Of a stretch of DNA of 64,000 nucleotides, positions 1-13,800 are shown piece by piece. Made by a program: the position numbers and the translations under genes. Below the pieces are notes generated by a model. That model was not told where the DNA came from and did no database searches. It saw nothing but the letters and a program-made list of their open reading frames with translations. Each line of letters starts with the position of its first letter. Within the stretch, counting starts at the first letter, position 1. Source of the DNA: Mobula hypostoma (taxonomy: Eukaryota); contig NC_086097.1 of NCBI RefSeq assembly GCF_963921235.1, positions 145,144,001 to 145,208,000 on the forward strand, in the 5' to 3' direction.

Positions 1-568
1 TCCACATAGTCAGGACTCTTTCCAGGCTGAAACTCAGATTGAAAATAAGCTGGAGAACTCCACACAGCTGCTTAGCACACTCCTTCAGGACCTTGGGGTT
101 CACACCTTCCGGTCCCAATGCTTTGCAATGTCTATGTTCCCCCAGAGCCCTTCTCACATCTCAGTAGAGAAGGTGAGTCCATGATGACTGGGAAGTTGGT
201 GAAAGGTGGGGGCTGGGGGAGGTGAAGATCGGAACAATAGCAGTTGGTATGTGGTAGGTGCAGGGGAAGGAAGGGGTGTGGACATTTGTAGCCTGTGTTC
301 TTCATCCACATGTTGAACTAAGGGGGGAGGAGGGAAGGGGCAGGCGTTGGTGCTGAGGGAGCATTGGGTGTCTTGACACCTGTGTTGATGTGCTGAGGGG
401 AGTATGAACAGGAGGGTGATTGTCAAACCTACTGAAGAATTGGTTTAACTTATTAGCCCATTCACGACTACAGTACAAGGCTCTACAGCTAGTCTGATTG
501 AAGCCAGTGATGTGCTTTATGCCTCTCCACACCTCCGGTGTACTACTCCACCCAAGTTTGTTCTCCAA
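1..568 (-). mobile_element. Rex1/Babar-like LINE ORF2 fragment (degraded, runs off window start)
   Basis: Minus-strand translation gives EVWRGIKHITGF...WANKLNQFFSRFD and KALGPEGVNPKVLKECAKQLCGVLQLIFNLS, the pre-RT region of non-LTR ORF2. Confidence 0.75.
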
Positions 569-1258
569 AGTCAGTTACTACAAATGAATTCGAAATACTA
601 CACATTGGAGGTAGGAAAGCTAAAAGTATTATAGGTTTTATCACAATATATCACATTTAAAAAGCCAAGAGGTAGCAACAATGTTGTACTGTCTCGTGTT
701 TTATGAAGATACAGTAGTGGTATATTACATAAGTCAATGAGGTCCGTCCAGAAAGAAAAAAGTAAATGAAGTTCAAGAGCAATGAGAGAAATTACTTCAC
801 ACTTCAGGTTTCTGATATACACATATTATATCACTATGTTTAAAAAGCTCTTAGCCACTATAGACAAGGGACATCCCCCAGTCCAAAGAATTTGGGCATG
901 GTTTGACAGAGTTAAGGCTTGGTGCCATTCTGTGCCTTCCCTCCTACTACCCACACAGTGAATAATTGTGCCAAGTTTTGCCAATGCCAACTGTCAAAAA
1001 TGCCAAAGTTCTTCCTTGCTAATCCTCCAGCTAATGTCCACTCTAATTTTCAGTGCAGGAGCAGAGTGTTATTTGAATCTGAACCAATTAACATGCAAGT
1101 CCAAGTCGACAAAAACAGGCCAAGCTCATCTTAATGCACTGTAGAAACAAGTAACCCAGGCATTGGAATAGAAAACCTACTGTAGACAGGTTCTAAGAAT
1201 GCAATAACAACCACATTTGCCTGGAAATCACACTGATTTCCAAACAGTATATATCAAA

Positions 1259-1870
1259 GGGAGGAGAAGATGGCGGCACGACGCAGCTTGCAGCGGCCTC
1301 TCCAGTGAATGATATCGGTTATTTGTCAAGTAGAATGCCGTGCACAATTGTGATTTGATGTAGCCAGACCTGAGAGTACGGAGGAACATCTGGTGAAACT
1401 TCTGAAATGCCTGTTTCGCTGTCATTGCTACAGTGTGATCTAGAATCTCCGGAGGGGAAGGCCCTGGGTCCTCGGCTTTGCTTGTTGCTCGGCGGCTGAG
1501 GCAGGGTCGAAGCGCTCGGCAGAGATGGTGCTCGGTGCTCGGTGTCGGAGGCTCAAAGTTTTCAGACGGACTCAGAGTCGGCTGCGGTCGAGCGCTCCAA
1601 TGCATCGGCAAGTTTGCGGCACTTCCGTCTGCGTGAGATGATGGGGCTATCGGGACTTGAGACTTTTTTACCATGTCCATGGTCTGCTCTTTATCAAATT
1701 ACAGTATTGCTTTGCACTGTTGTAACCATATGTTATAATTATGTGGTTTTGTCAGTTAGTCTTGGTTTGTCCTGTGTTTCTGTGATATCTTTCTGAAGGA
1801 ACATTGTATCATTTCTTAATGCATGCATTTCTAAATGACAATAAATGAGGACTGAGTGTCCTCATAATCT
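1259..1870 (+). mobile_element. ~610-bp non-coding interspersed repeat (family X), copy 1
   Basis: Colinear with the reverse complement of 43434-44022; CpG-rich 5' end with AAGATGGCGGC (1267-1277); 3' end ...gacaataaatgaggactgagtgtcctcataatct. Confidence 0.85.
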
Positions 1871-2643
1871 GAAAAAAATGAAGAAATAAAACAGAAAATG
1901 ATATGTAAAGAGACTGATGATTTAAAAAGAAGAAACTTGCTCTGTTAAGTTAAAAGGATTAAAATAAACAAATCACAATTCATATTATACACCCCAGATT
2001 CAAGTTATGGCAAAAGGCAGTTTATAATTGTGAGGAATTCTTTTGTTAAGAAGGACCACTGATGTCACACAAATTGAAAGAGTCTGGAAACTGGTTGGAA
2101 ATTCCAATTGACTGCAGCTGTCTTTATAGACTCTAGAGAAATGCAAAAAACCCTTTACAGTGAAAGTATTTGGAAGAAAGGTTTTCCACAGTGACATCAG
2201 GCACAGTGAGGTAATATTGGCACCGTGGAGAGGGAATAGACATTTTATCTAATGACTTAGACTGCATTATTCCTATCACAATATGTTCAGCAGGCACTGC
2301 AGCAAAATATTCTTAAAATATTTTATCGGACCAAAGGGGAAATTTGGATTTTCTTTGTACTTCCTTCTGACATGCCGTTACACATGTTACAACTAACTAA
2401 AGTAATCTTATTTTCTCTTGTGAAAAACTGTTGCCTCCAGTGTCTTTGTAAGCTAGAAATATAGTCCATTCCTTAACATTGGAATATGCCAAATTGAATT
2501 AGAGTCAAATATGTAATCCTGAAGTGCAGTAATTGCTATATTATAAAAAACACTGTCAACAACTTGTACACAGTAAAGTTCCACAGCTTCAGTCTTCTTG
2601 CTTGATGGCTAAGCATTGGTCAGGGCATTAGTGGGCAGCTCCA

Positions 2644-2940
2644 TAGATCATAGAACATAGAACACAGAACTGTACAGCACCTTATCAGCCCTATGGCCCA
2701 TGATATTTGGCCCAATCAGTATAAACATATTCCATAATCAATGTAACTCTTTCCTTGTTAACAGCCCATAACCATCCATTTCCTTACACTCATGCGCCTA
2801 TCTGAGACTCTTAAATGTCCCTATTGTATCTGCCTCCACCACCATCCTTATCAGTACATTCTAAGCACCCACAACTCTGTGCAAAAAAACCTACCTCTGA
2901 CATCTCCACCAGACTTTCCTCCACTCAAATTAAATGGACC
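2644..2940 (-). mobile_element. CR1 LINE 3' end remnant
   Basis: catagaa-type tail and 3' region resembling the other CR1 3' ends in the window. Confidence 0.7.
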
Positions 2941-3434
2941 CTGAATAGTCTCCTGTAGTTCTTTGCTTCCACCTAAGAGCAAAGACAAGGTTGTGGTTTG
3001 ACAACTCTTCTACAAAATGCCACTTTTGGCAGGATAAGTTTCGATGGTGTAGTCAAATTCCTTGCGTGATACTTGAACCATCATTCTCAGACAGAGTGTG
3101 ACTTCTAAGCCAGGATTGAAACTTTGAATCATCCTGTCTCTTCTAGATTCCCTTTCTCTGGTGTACTAACCACCTCTGTAAAGCAACAAGGCATACCTGT
3201 AATTCATTACATGAACCAGTATTAGAAATCACACAGCTAATTAAAATCATATCTGTGAGGTCAACAGGTGACAAATACTGCCCTCATTTCCTCAGTCTTT
3301 CACTTGTCCCATAAAGATGTTGGCTATCAGTAGGCCACTAATAATGATTGTAGCTTTGCATTCTTGGTACTGGACAATGCCCCTTCCCTCAGCCATCTAA
3401 GTGTCAACCTTGGCATTCTCTTCCCTCTGTGTAA

Positions 3435-4390
3435 GATTATGGGCTCAAGTCACTGCCCAGAGGCACAAGAATATAATTTATGCTACCATTACACTACAAT
3501 ACTAAGTGAGTGCTGCATTCTTGGGCAGTGATGATTTTCATGTAGAGTAGTAGAGTAAGATGCATATGAGCTCTCAAGTGGGCATAAAAAAATCCAATGC
3601 CACTATGCAAAACGTATGTGTGTTTTCCCCATTGTTCTGACTGGTGTTTACTACTTAAGCAACAGACCAAAAAAAAATGAACTCATTACCTCACTGCTGT
3701 TAAAGTTTTCATGCCGTGCATAAATCTGCTTGTACACATTTCTATAAACATAACTATGGTGATGTTTCCTTAAGGTTATTATAGCTGGGGTTGGTTGTGG
3801 GGTCAAGCTCCCGTTACCTATTAACGGCTCCCAATGGCTTGCATCTCAAATAACCTCTGGCACCCAAGTCCAGCTCCTGGCCTTCACATGTGGCTTAGCT
3901 ACTACGCCCAGCGGAACCGTTTCTACTGACAGGAGATGGGACAAATGCAGATTACTGGCTCCTTAAGACCAGTTTGGGCAGATGGGGCTTGTCAGCAATG
4001 ATTGGAAGCTCATCCAGGAGAAGGAAAACTCTGATCTCAAGCCTCCACTGCCTTATAGCTATACCCACTTACAGGAAAGGCTTCATGAGTAAATCCTGAG
4101 GAAAAATCTGGAGCTGGAATCCCTACAGCAGTCCTACATTGAACACAAACTGAATCGGTGCCAAACTGAATGGGTCTCTGCCATTCCTTTGGATTCATCA
4201 GCTGCGTGGAGAAGGTGAGCCTGCAACATGGGCAACAGCTTACTCGCCATATCATCCTGCCCTGGTTTGCACATCATGTAGACAGCTGGGGTGCAACATC
4301 CATGCAACCGAGGGCCTCATACCTATGGTGACTACATTTCAACATATTGGAATATTTTGACATTGAGAGCAAGAAATAATGCAAGCTCTT
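3435..4390 (+). mobile_element. Degraded Deu-domain SINE (SacSINE1/AmnSINE-like), split by the insert at 3763-4322
   Basis: Segments gggctcaagtc..., tactaagtgagtgctgcat..., ctctcaagtgggcataaaa...ccaatgccactat, resuming after the insert with gtgactacatttcaa...aatgcaag; matches remembered Deu-SINE architecture. Confidence 0.55.
3763..4322 (+). mobile_element. 560-bp non-coding RTE-related element with 9-bp TSD
   Basis: Direct repeat ctatggtga at 3754-3762 and 4323-4331; contains ctcatccaggagaaggaaaactctgatctcaagcctc, resembling RTE 5' UTRs; no ORF. Confidence 0.65.
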
Positions 4391-5610
4391 AGATTACTTC
4401 CAAATAATCCTCTACTTCCACTACCATTGCCACTCAAAAGAAACATGAACATTTATGATTCAGTCCTACATATATGACGGAATTACATAGAGAGACCATT
4501 CAACCCACCAGACTATGTCAGCACTTGTACACAACTCTAGTTTCCTCCCACCTTTTGTCATTTAAATCTATTGGTAAAGCCCTCTATCTAACCCTCATAT
4601 GGTTGTGCTGCCTCCCCTTAACTACAGCTGCACTACTGTTTTAAACATTTCGGTCTCGTAACAAATTCCACATTCTCACCACTTTCCAAAGACCTTTCTT
4701 CTGAATTCCCAGCTGAATTTCGTGATGACAATGTCAAAGTGGAGTTTCATTCACAAGTACATGTATGCACAAGTGCAATTATAAAAAAGTTATTTGCAGC
4801 AGCAACTTGACTGATATTGTTGGCTTGTTTTCATGCTCTTCCCCACAAATCAAAACATCTCTTTGCATCCTTTCAATCAAAACTTCAGATTTTTAAAGAC
4901 ATCAGTCAGGTGGGCCCACAAATTTTATTTTCAAGAAGAATAAAATAATAGGTATTAGTAACTTCCAAGAGAAAACTTACTCAACTAATGATAGCCTGCC
5001 CACCATACAGTGGAGAAGGAATGCAGGATTATTCCTAGGACTGTGACTTCAGTCAGAATGGTATTAGCATCTTTGGGCTCAAGTAGGAAAACTACATACC
5101 AGATTCTATAGAGATTATTATCAGTTGCCTCGTAAAGAAGGCAAGTAAATGCAGATTCCAGACTAGAGCACACTCAACTTTATCCCACCAAACACTCGTG
5201 CACATTGTTGAGACTCCATGTCTTGGCAAGGCCTTTAAAAAAAACCATTTGAATAAATTGTCAGCACAAAGCAAATTGTAGAACAGCAAGTCTCAGAAAA
5301 CGTCTCCAGAGAAGAGAGGAGAATTTAAATGTAAAGGGAAAAACAATTACCTAAAGGAAAAGGGAGAGCTGATGCTATCCAGATATATGTTTGATTGCAC
5401 GTTCACATTTATTCAATTAAATACTTCCAGGTTCTCTACCACTGAGATTAAGATGGCCAAGAATATCAATATTGGCTGCAGTAATGGAACTCATCCATTT
5501 AATCCTGGCAATTAGGTTACTTGAGTGACAGACTCCATTCTTTTGGTCTTCATTTCAATTTCCATAGAGCTTGGGCAGATTCCACATGCGTGCATATAGG
5601 TTCACACCCA

Positions 5611-5900
5611 TCATCTATCAGATTTAGCTCTGCTTTTTCCATTTTCACATGCAATGACCCAGAAGTCTTTATCAAACATCACAACTTGTGAGGCAGTCTT
5701 GGTGGAGCTAAGTAAATGTACATTGATGCCTCCCATTAATAGAACCTCAGAACTGGAATTAAAACCAGAAGCAAGGTTATAACCTAATGCGTGAAGATTG
5801 GAACCATCTGGAGAGTGGTAATAAACTACAACCAGAGGAGAGTTACTTCCAAGACTTACCACAGTCAGTGAGTTCCTCGATCCTACAGGAATAAATCTGG
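5611..5900 (-). mobile_element. Ancient LINE APE-endonuclease remnant (CR1/L2-like)
   Basis: LVVVYYHSP...VLLMGGINV resembles degenerate VGVxYRPP...xxMGDFN. Confidence 0.4.
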
Positions 5901-6529
5901 CCTGTGGATTGGCATATAATCAGCGTCAAGCCTTTATGGTTGACGTATGGTAGATATAAAACAGAGCAGGAATCTAAATATTAGTTAAACAGAGTGCAAC
6001 ATTAAAGAACTGTTTGAAAAAGAATATAAGAGAATTGACATGTTTAGCAGGTTTCCATAGTTTCCATTATATTTCACTGGAGGAAGTCAAATGCCTAAAG
6101 CTCATTCTCATTAAACTGCAATGAAATCTTGAGTTGTGGATTTCTCTTATTTTTTCCTAAGGAAAAGTGGATCCTAACAGTCTAAAAGGACTACCAAAGT
6201 ATAGTTTCAGTTTGTACAGCTCGATAAGGTTTCTGAAGATTCAGCAAAGCACTGTAATCAAATAATAGAAGTAAAATAACAGAAGGAGATTAAAGAAATG
6301 AATAAATTTAGCCACTGATGAAGAGGTTAACTGCCACTATACATAAATCCTATTTTTTTCTCTTTTCAGAATCCTACAACATATTGTCCAATTGAATTTT
6401 GTGTCTATTTGAATCAAAACCTTTGATATTTTTCTGAAATCATTGGAAAGATTCACTCTGTTATCATTAGTTCTATAAAAATATCTGAGAGGTCAGGAAG
6501 CATGTGTGATAAAGAAGTAAACAGATCAG

Positions 6530-9320
6530 GTTGATGTCAAGGCCAAAAAGGTCCACAAAATTACTTTGGGGAACGGGATCAAGGAGAATCTCAAGGAATT
6601 TTATACTTACTTTAAGAAAAGGAGGGTAAATAAGGAGAGGGCATATGCACATAAGGATAAAGGGTGGAACTCGAGCTTGAAGTCAGAGCAAGTGGCTGAG
6701 GTCCTAAATGAAGACTTTGCATTGGCATTTACCAAGGAGAAAAATTTAGAAGTTAATGAATGTAGAGTGGGGCGTATAATGTACGAGGACAATTTGAGAT
6801 TAAGGAGTAGGTAGTGCTGGGTCTTTAGAAATTCATTAAGGTGGATAAGTCCTCAGGACCTGAGGGCATATATCACAGAATATTGAAAGAAGGAAATTGC
6901 TGGGACTTTGACAAAGATTCTTGTGTCCTCATTAACATAGAAACATAGAAACATAGAAACATAGAAAATAGGTGCAGGAGTAGGCCATTCGGCCCTTCGA
7001 GCCTGCACCGCCATTTATTATGATCATGGCTGATCATCCAACTCAGAACCCAGCCTTCCCTCCATACCCCCTGACCCCCGTAGCCACAAGGGCCATATCT
7101 AACTTCCTTTTAAACATAGCTAATGAACTGGCCTCAACAGTTTGCTGTGGCAGAGAATTCCACAGATTCACCACTCTCTGTGTGAAGAAGTTTTTCCTAA
7201 CCTCGGTCTTAAAAGGCTTCCCCTCTATCCTCAAACTGTGACCCCTCGTTCTAGACCTCCCCAACATCGGGAACAATCTTCCCGCATCTAGCCTGTCCAA
7301 TCCCTTTAGGATCTTATACGTTTCAATCAGATCCCCCCTCAATCTTCTAAATTCCAACGAGTACAAGCCCAGTTCATCCAGTCTTTCTTCATATGAAAGA
7401 CCTGCCATCCCAGGAATCAATCTGGTGAACCTTCTTTGTACTCCCTCTATGGCAAAGATGTCTTTCCTCAGATTAGGGGACCAAAACTGCACACAATACT
7501 CCAGGTGTGGTCTCACCAAGGCCTTGTACAACTGCAGTAGTACCTCCCTGCTCCTGTACTCGAATCCTCTCGCTATAAATGCCAGCATACCGTTCGCCTT
7601 TTTCACCGCCTGCTGTACCTGCATGCCCACTTTCAATGACTGGTGTATAATGACACCCAGGTCTCGTTGCACCTCCCCTTTTCCTAATCGGCCACCATTC
7701 AGATAATAATCTGTTTTCCTATTTTTGCCACCAAAGTGGATAACTTCACATTTATCCACATTAAATTGCATCTGCCATGAGTTTGCCCACTCACCCAACC
7801 TATCCAAGTCACCCTGCATCCTCTTAGCATCCTCCTCACTGCTAACACTGCCACCCAGCTTCGTGTCATCCGCAAACTTGGAGATGCTGCATTTAATTCC
7901 CTCATCCAAGTCATTAATATATATTGTAAACAACTGGGGTCCCAGCACTGAGCCTTGCGGTACCCCACTAGTCACCGCCTGCCATTCTGAAAAGGTCCCG
8001 TTTATTCCCACTCTTTGCTTCCTGTCTGCTAACCAATTCTCCACCCACACCAATACCTTACCCCCAATACCGTGTGCTTTAAGTTTGCACACTAATCTCC
8101 TGTGTGGGACCTTGTCAAAAGCCTTTTGAAAATCCAACTGGTGAGGTTCCAGAGGACTGGAGTGAAGCAAATGCTCTGTCTTTGTTCAAGAAAGGCATTT
8201 CTAGTCCTGTGAGCCTTACGTCAGTGGTAGCGAAGATACTGGAGAGGATTCTAAGGGATAGGATTTATGTGTATTTGGAAAGGCAAATGCTTATGGGCAG
8301 TCAGCCTTACAATCACATTTTTGAGGAAGTGACAAAGGAACTTGATAAGGGTAAGGCAGTGGACATTATCTACAGAAAATGGGCTTTAGTAAGATATTTG
8401 TTTGGTCATTCATGGTAGGCTATTTCAGGAAATAAAGATGCAGGGGATCCAGGTTGAATTGCAAGTTGGACTCAGAACTGGCTGCCATAGAAAACAGAAA
8501 ATAAGGGAAGAAGGTCGATATTCTGGCTAGAGGTATATGACCATTGGAGTTCCACAAGGGCCAATGCTGGCATCTCTGCTGCTTGTGAAATATATCAATG
8601 ATTTGGATGAAAATATAGATGGATGGATTCACAAGTCTTCAGATGACACCAAGATTGATGGAGTTGTGGACAGTGTAAAGGATTATCAAGGAATACAGTG
8701 GGCCATTAATCCATTAGACATAGGAAGCGAACTGGCAGATAAATTTTAATCCAGGAAGTTTGAAGTGTTGCACTTGGGAAGGTCATATGAAAAAAGAAAG
8801 TATATAGTTTATGTTAGACCTCTTAATAGCCTTGAGGTACAGAGGGATCTTGGGGTTCAGAGGGTGTGAATGAGGTTTACCAGGATTCTGTCCTGATTAG
8901 AGAGTATAAACTATAAGGAAAGGTTGGACAAACTTAGGTTATTGTCTCTAGAGCATTAGAGGCTGAAAGAGACTTGATAGAGGATTTTAAATTTATAAGA
9001 GGTATAGATAGAGTAGACAGTCAGAATCTTTACCTTAGGGTAGAAATGACAAATACCAGAGGACATGCTTTTAAGGTTAGTGGGAGGAAGTTTAAAAGCA
9101 ATGTGAGGACCATACTGAGAGAGTGGTAGATGTTTGGAAGTAGTCCCAGGGTGGTAGTGGATTCAGGCAGTTTGGTGGAATTGCAGTGGCTTTTAAATAG
9201 ATACATGAATATGAAAGGAATGCAGAGATGGTGCACAGGAGGAGGGGATTTTGCATACATTGGCAATAAAATTGACACAATATTGTGGGCCAAATGACCC
9301 ATTCTGCACTGTAGTGTTCT
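6530..9320 (+). mobile_element. Old CR1 ORF2 copy, interrupted by a younger CR1 at 6934-8137
   Basis: IKENLKEFYTYFK...VAEVLNEDFALAFTKE before the insert; TGEVPEDWSEAN..., GVPQGPML..., SDDTKIDG after it; many stops and frameshifts. Confidence 0.85.
6934..8137 (-). mobile_element. Young 5'-truncated CR1 (subfamily A)
   Basis: Open RT C-terminal half (LDFQKAFD, GVPQGS, FADD); (catagaaa)n tail at 6934-6967; near-identical to 39385-40588. Confidence 0.95.
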
Positions 9321-10844
9321 ATGCCGTATGCCTTGTGTTCAAAGTCCTGTCATTTATCTCTGATTTCCAGCATTCAATGTTCTGTTTTTACTTCCATCTG
9401 TATGTTTCCACCACAGTCCAAGTTTTCTCCTTCCCATTACACCATAGTCATTTGGCATTCTTTCCATAAGCTTCCTACCTTCCCGCTCAGTTTAGATCAA
9501 GTGGTCTATAACTCTGTTATCCAATTAGACCATTAAATCCTCTTCAATCCTTAAATCTTGGTTCTTCTGCAGTAGAAATATTAGAGGTCAATATGACTAC
9601 TGACATTTGGTGGGATTTCTTTGGGTAGGATATTAGAATATTAAAATTTTCAAACCCCAAATCAGAGTGAAACCGCCTGTTTTGGATTTTAATAAAGGAA
9701 AGCTGGAGGAGTAGGTAAATACTTTACTGGTGTGGCTTGCCTTAGCATTATTGCACCCTATTCTTAGTTGTTGTGCTCCTGACTTCTGTGGTAATCAACT
9801 ATAATATATTATGTATAACACTTCTTACTTAGCAAAATGTTTCTTGATGCATTATCACCAGAATTTCACATTTTGAAACATTGACAGTTCCTTTCCTTCA
9901 CGGATGCTGTTTCTTCCAGCAGAATGCTTTTGGTCTAGTTTCCAACATCTGCAGTCTCTTGTATCTCTTCTCAAAAGTGTTATTTTTAATGATTAAGCAA
10001 AAAGTATTAGGAATCAGGTGCATTTGTTACGGTTTGAAATATACACCATTCCTTATGTGCAAAATTAATAAGAAATCAATGTATTTCTGACTGTTTTCAG
10101 AATGTGAAAGATAACTTTTGGTATTGTCTATCCTTAGATATCCCTGACTGTTAAACCATCTGTCAGGGAAGGGATAGAGAACTACTTAAATCATGTGAGA
10201 ATATTAGTGAACTAGTTGGGAGATGGTCATCTAGAACTTCTTGCAAGCATTTTTTTCTGGTGTTAGTCCCTATAAAACTGATTTGTTTCAATTTTAAAAT
10301 TTATCATGGTGGGATTTTGAACTCATGCCCTTTGGGTTCCCAGAACAGTTTGACAAACATTATTTCTCTTTTCTTCTTTCTTTCAGGAAAATGTTTTAAC
10401 ACTACATTGGATTAACAATCTTAATAACCCATGTTTCCTCAGTTTTATGGGCTCTCTAATAAAGAACACACTAATTATCCTAAGATTATGGGTAGGACCA
10501 CTGTTGGACCAGAGTCCATTGGGATATTGGACTGAATGTTTTGAGCACATTTCATGTAAGTTACAGCCTCCCACAGCTGTTGATAAAAAGCAAATGTACC
10601 ATCTGTTTGGGTTTGAATCAAAAGCCAAATCTCAGAAGTGAGAAGGAAAGTTCGAACATATTGCACCATCCGCCTTACTCCTCAGGACCAACATTATTTG
10701 AACTGGCTGAAATTAAAGAATTTCATTCTTGAGTTTAAACCCTTTCAAAAATAAATCATAGATTTATGAATAGAAGCAGAAAAACCCCATTCAGTCTGCT
10801 TAGTTTCTGAATAGATCGTCCTGCCCAATTCCTGAGGTCTTGTA

Positions 10845-13800
10845 TAGGGGCAGCTGAATAACTGGACAATAACCGAGTTAGGGAACTGGAGCTGGAAGGA
10901 CTTCGGATCATTCAGGAGGCAGAGGCATTAATAGATCGGAGTTTCAGGGAGACAGTCACCCCTAAAAGTCAGGAGACAGGTAACTGGGTGACTATCAGGA
11001 GAGGGAAGGGGAATAGACAGAAAGAGCAGAGCACCCCTGTGGCCGTTCCCATCAACAATAAGTATACAGTTTTGGATACTGTTGGTGGGGACGACCAACA
11101 CGAGACACGAGACAGAGAGGGTAGGAACAGGAAGTTATGGCAGATGAATGTGTAGCTGAAGAGTTGGTGCTGGAAGCAGGGGTTCAGATTTCTGGATTGT
11201 TGGGATCTCTTCTGGGGAAGGTCTGACCTGTACAAAAAGGACGGGCTGCACCTGAACTGGAAAGGGACCAATATCCTGGCGGGCAGGTTTGCTAGAGCTG
11301 TTTGGGAGGGTTTAAACTAGTTTGGAAGGAGGGTGGGAATCAGAATGTGAGTGCAGAGATTAGGGTAGAAGGACAAGGGCATGATTCTATGTGTTCTGAG
11401 TTGGTGAGGAAGGACAGGCAGGGGACAAAACATAAATGTAGCCAGTTAGAGGGGATGAAATTTGTCTACTTCAACGCTAGGAGTATTAGGAATAAAGGGG
11501 ATGAACTTAGAGCATGGATCAGTATGTGGAACATCGATGTTGTGGCCATTACTGAAACTTGGCTGGAGGAAGGACAGGATTAGCTGATGCAGGTACCGGG
11601 GTTTAGGTGTTTTAAAAGAAATAGGATGGGAGGTAGAAAAGGGGAGGAGGGGAGGAGGGGAGTAGCATTACTGGTCAGGGATAGTATCACGGCTATAGAA
11701 AGGGTGAACGCTGTAGAGGGAGTGTCCACTGAGTCAGTGTGGGTGGAAGTCAGAAATAGGAAGGGGTTAATCACCATGCTGGGAGTAGTCTACAGGCCCC
11801 CAAATAGCCCTCGGGACACTGAGGTGCAGATAAGCAGGCAGATTTTAGAATGGTGCAGGAAAGACATGGTTGTAGTTATGGGTGATTTCAACTTCCCTCA
11901 TATTGACTGGCACCTCCTGACTGCAAGGGGAACAGATGGGGCTGAATTTGTCAGGTGTGCTCAAAAAGGATTCCTGACACAGTATGTGGACCGGCCGACG
12001 AGAGGAGAGGCCATACTGGATCTAGTTCTGGGTAATGAACCTGGTCAGATGGCAGATGTCTTGGTGAAGGAGCATTTTGGTGAGAGTGAAGAGTTAGCCC
12101 TTCCCCAGTTAAGCACTTTCCCATTTTGTCTGTTTTTATCCTTTTCCATAGCTATGCTGAAGCTAAGGGAGTTGTGGTCACTCTCACCAAAATGCTCCTC
12201 CACCAAGAGGTCTGCCACCTGACCAGGTTCATTACCCAGAACTAGATCCAGTATGGCCTAACTATGAAGGGATGAGGCAGGAACTAGCGAGAGTAAATTG
12301 GAAACAGATGCTCAAGGGTGAAAGCACAGAAGTAATGTGGAGGAAGTTTAGGGGCCACTTGTGCTGGGTTCAGGATAGGTTTGTCCCACTGAGACAAGGA
12401 AAAAATTGTAAGAAAAGGGAACGGTGGCTGATTCGTCAAGAGGAAGTAGGAAGCATATGTTAGGTATAAGAAGCGGGAAGCAGGAGGGGCTCATGAGAAA
12501 TATAGGGTAGCCAGGAAGGAGTTAGGAGAGCTCGAAGGAGGCATGAGAAGGCCTTGGCATGTAGGATTAAGGAGAACCCCAAGACATTCTATGCGTATGT
12601 GAAGAACAAAAGAATGACAAGAATGAAGATGAAGGATAAAGAAGGCAACATGTGCCTGGAGGCAGAGGAGGTTAGGGAGGTCCTAAATGAATACTTTTCT
12701 TCAGCATTCGCAAGTGAAAAGGACCTTGATCAGGGTGAGGTCGAAATAGAACAGGCCTGTGTGCTGGACAATGTGGAGATTAAGGAAGAAGACGTGTTGG
12801 ATCTTCTTAAAAACATCAAGATTGATAAGTCCCCAGGGCCAAAAGTGATATACCCCAGGTTGCTGTGGGAAGTGAGAGAAGAGATCGCTGGAGCAGTAGC
12901 TATGATCTTTGAATCCCCTTTGGCTGCAGGGGAGGTGCTGGAGGATTGGAGAATGGCAAATGTAGTTCCCTTGTTTAAAAAAGGCAATAGGAAGAATCCT
13001 GGAAACTATAGACTGGTGAGTCTTACATCAGTGGTCTGCAAACTATTGGAAAGGATTCTTAAGAATAGGATCTACGAGCACTTGGAGAAGTACTGTCTAC
13101 TCAAGGATAGTCACCATGGCTTTATGAAGGAAAGGTCATGCCTCACGAGCCTTTTTGAAGAGGTAACGAAAGAAATTGATGAGGGTAGGGCTGTAGATGT
13201 GGTCTACATGGATCTTAGCAAGGCATTTGACATGGTCCCCCACGAGAGACTCATCCAGGAAGTCATGAGGCATGGGATCAATGGAACCTTGGCTGTTTGT
13301 ATAAAAAATTGGCTTACAGGAAGAAAGCAGCGGGTAGTAGTGAACGGAAAGTATTCTGCCTGGAGGTCGGTGACTAGTGGAGTGCCGCAAGAATCTGTCC
13401 TGGGACGCCTGTTCTTTGTGATTTTTATAAATGACCTGGATGAAGAGGCGGAAGGATGGGTGAGTAAGTTTGCGGATGACACGAAGATTGGAGGAGTTGT
13501 GAATGGAGCAGTAGGTTGTCGAAGGTTACAAGAGGATATAGACAGGATGCAGAGTTGGGCAGGAAAGTGGCAGACGGAGTTCAATCTGGATAAGTGTGAG
13601 GTGATGCATTTTGGAATGACAAACCAGAAGGCTGAGTACAGTGTTAATTGTTGGCTACTTAAGAGTGTGGATGAACAGAGGGACCTTGGGGTTCAAATCC
13701 ATACATCCCTCAAGGTCGCTGCACAGGTTGATAGGATAGTTAAGAAGGCCTATGGGATGCTAGGCTTCATTAATAGGAGGATTGAGTTCAAGAGTAGAGA

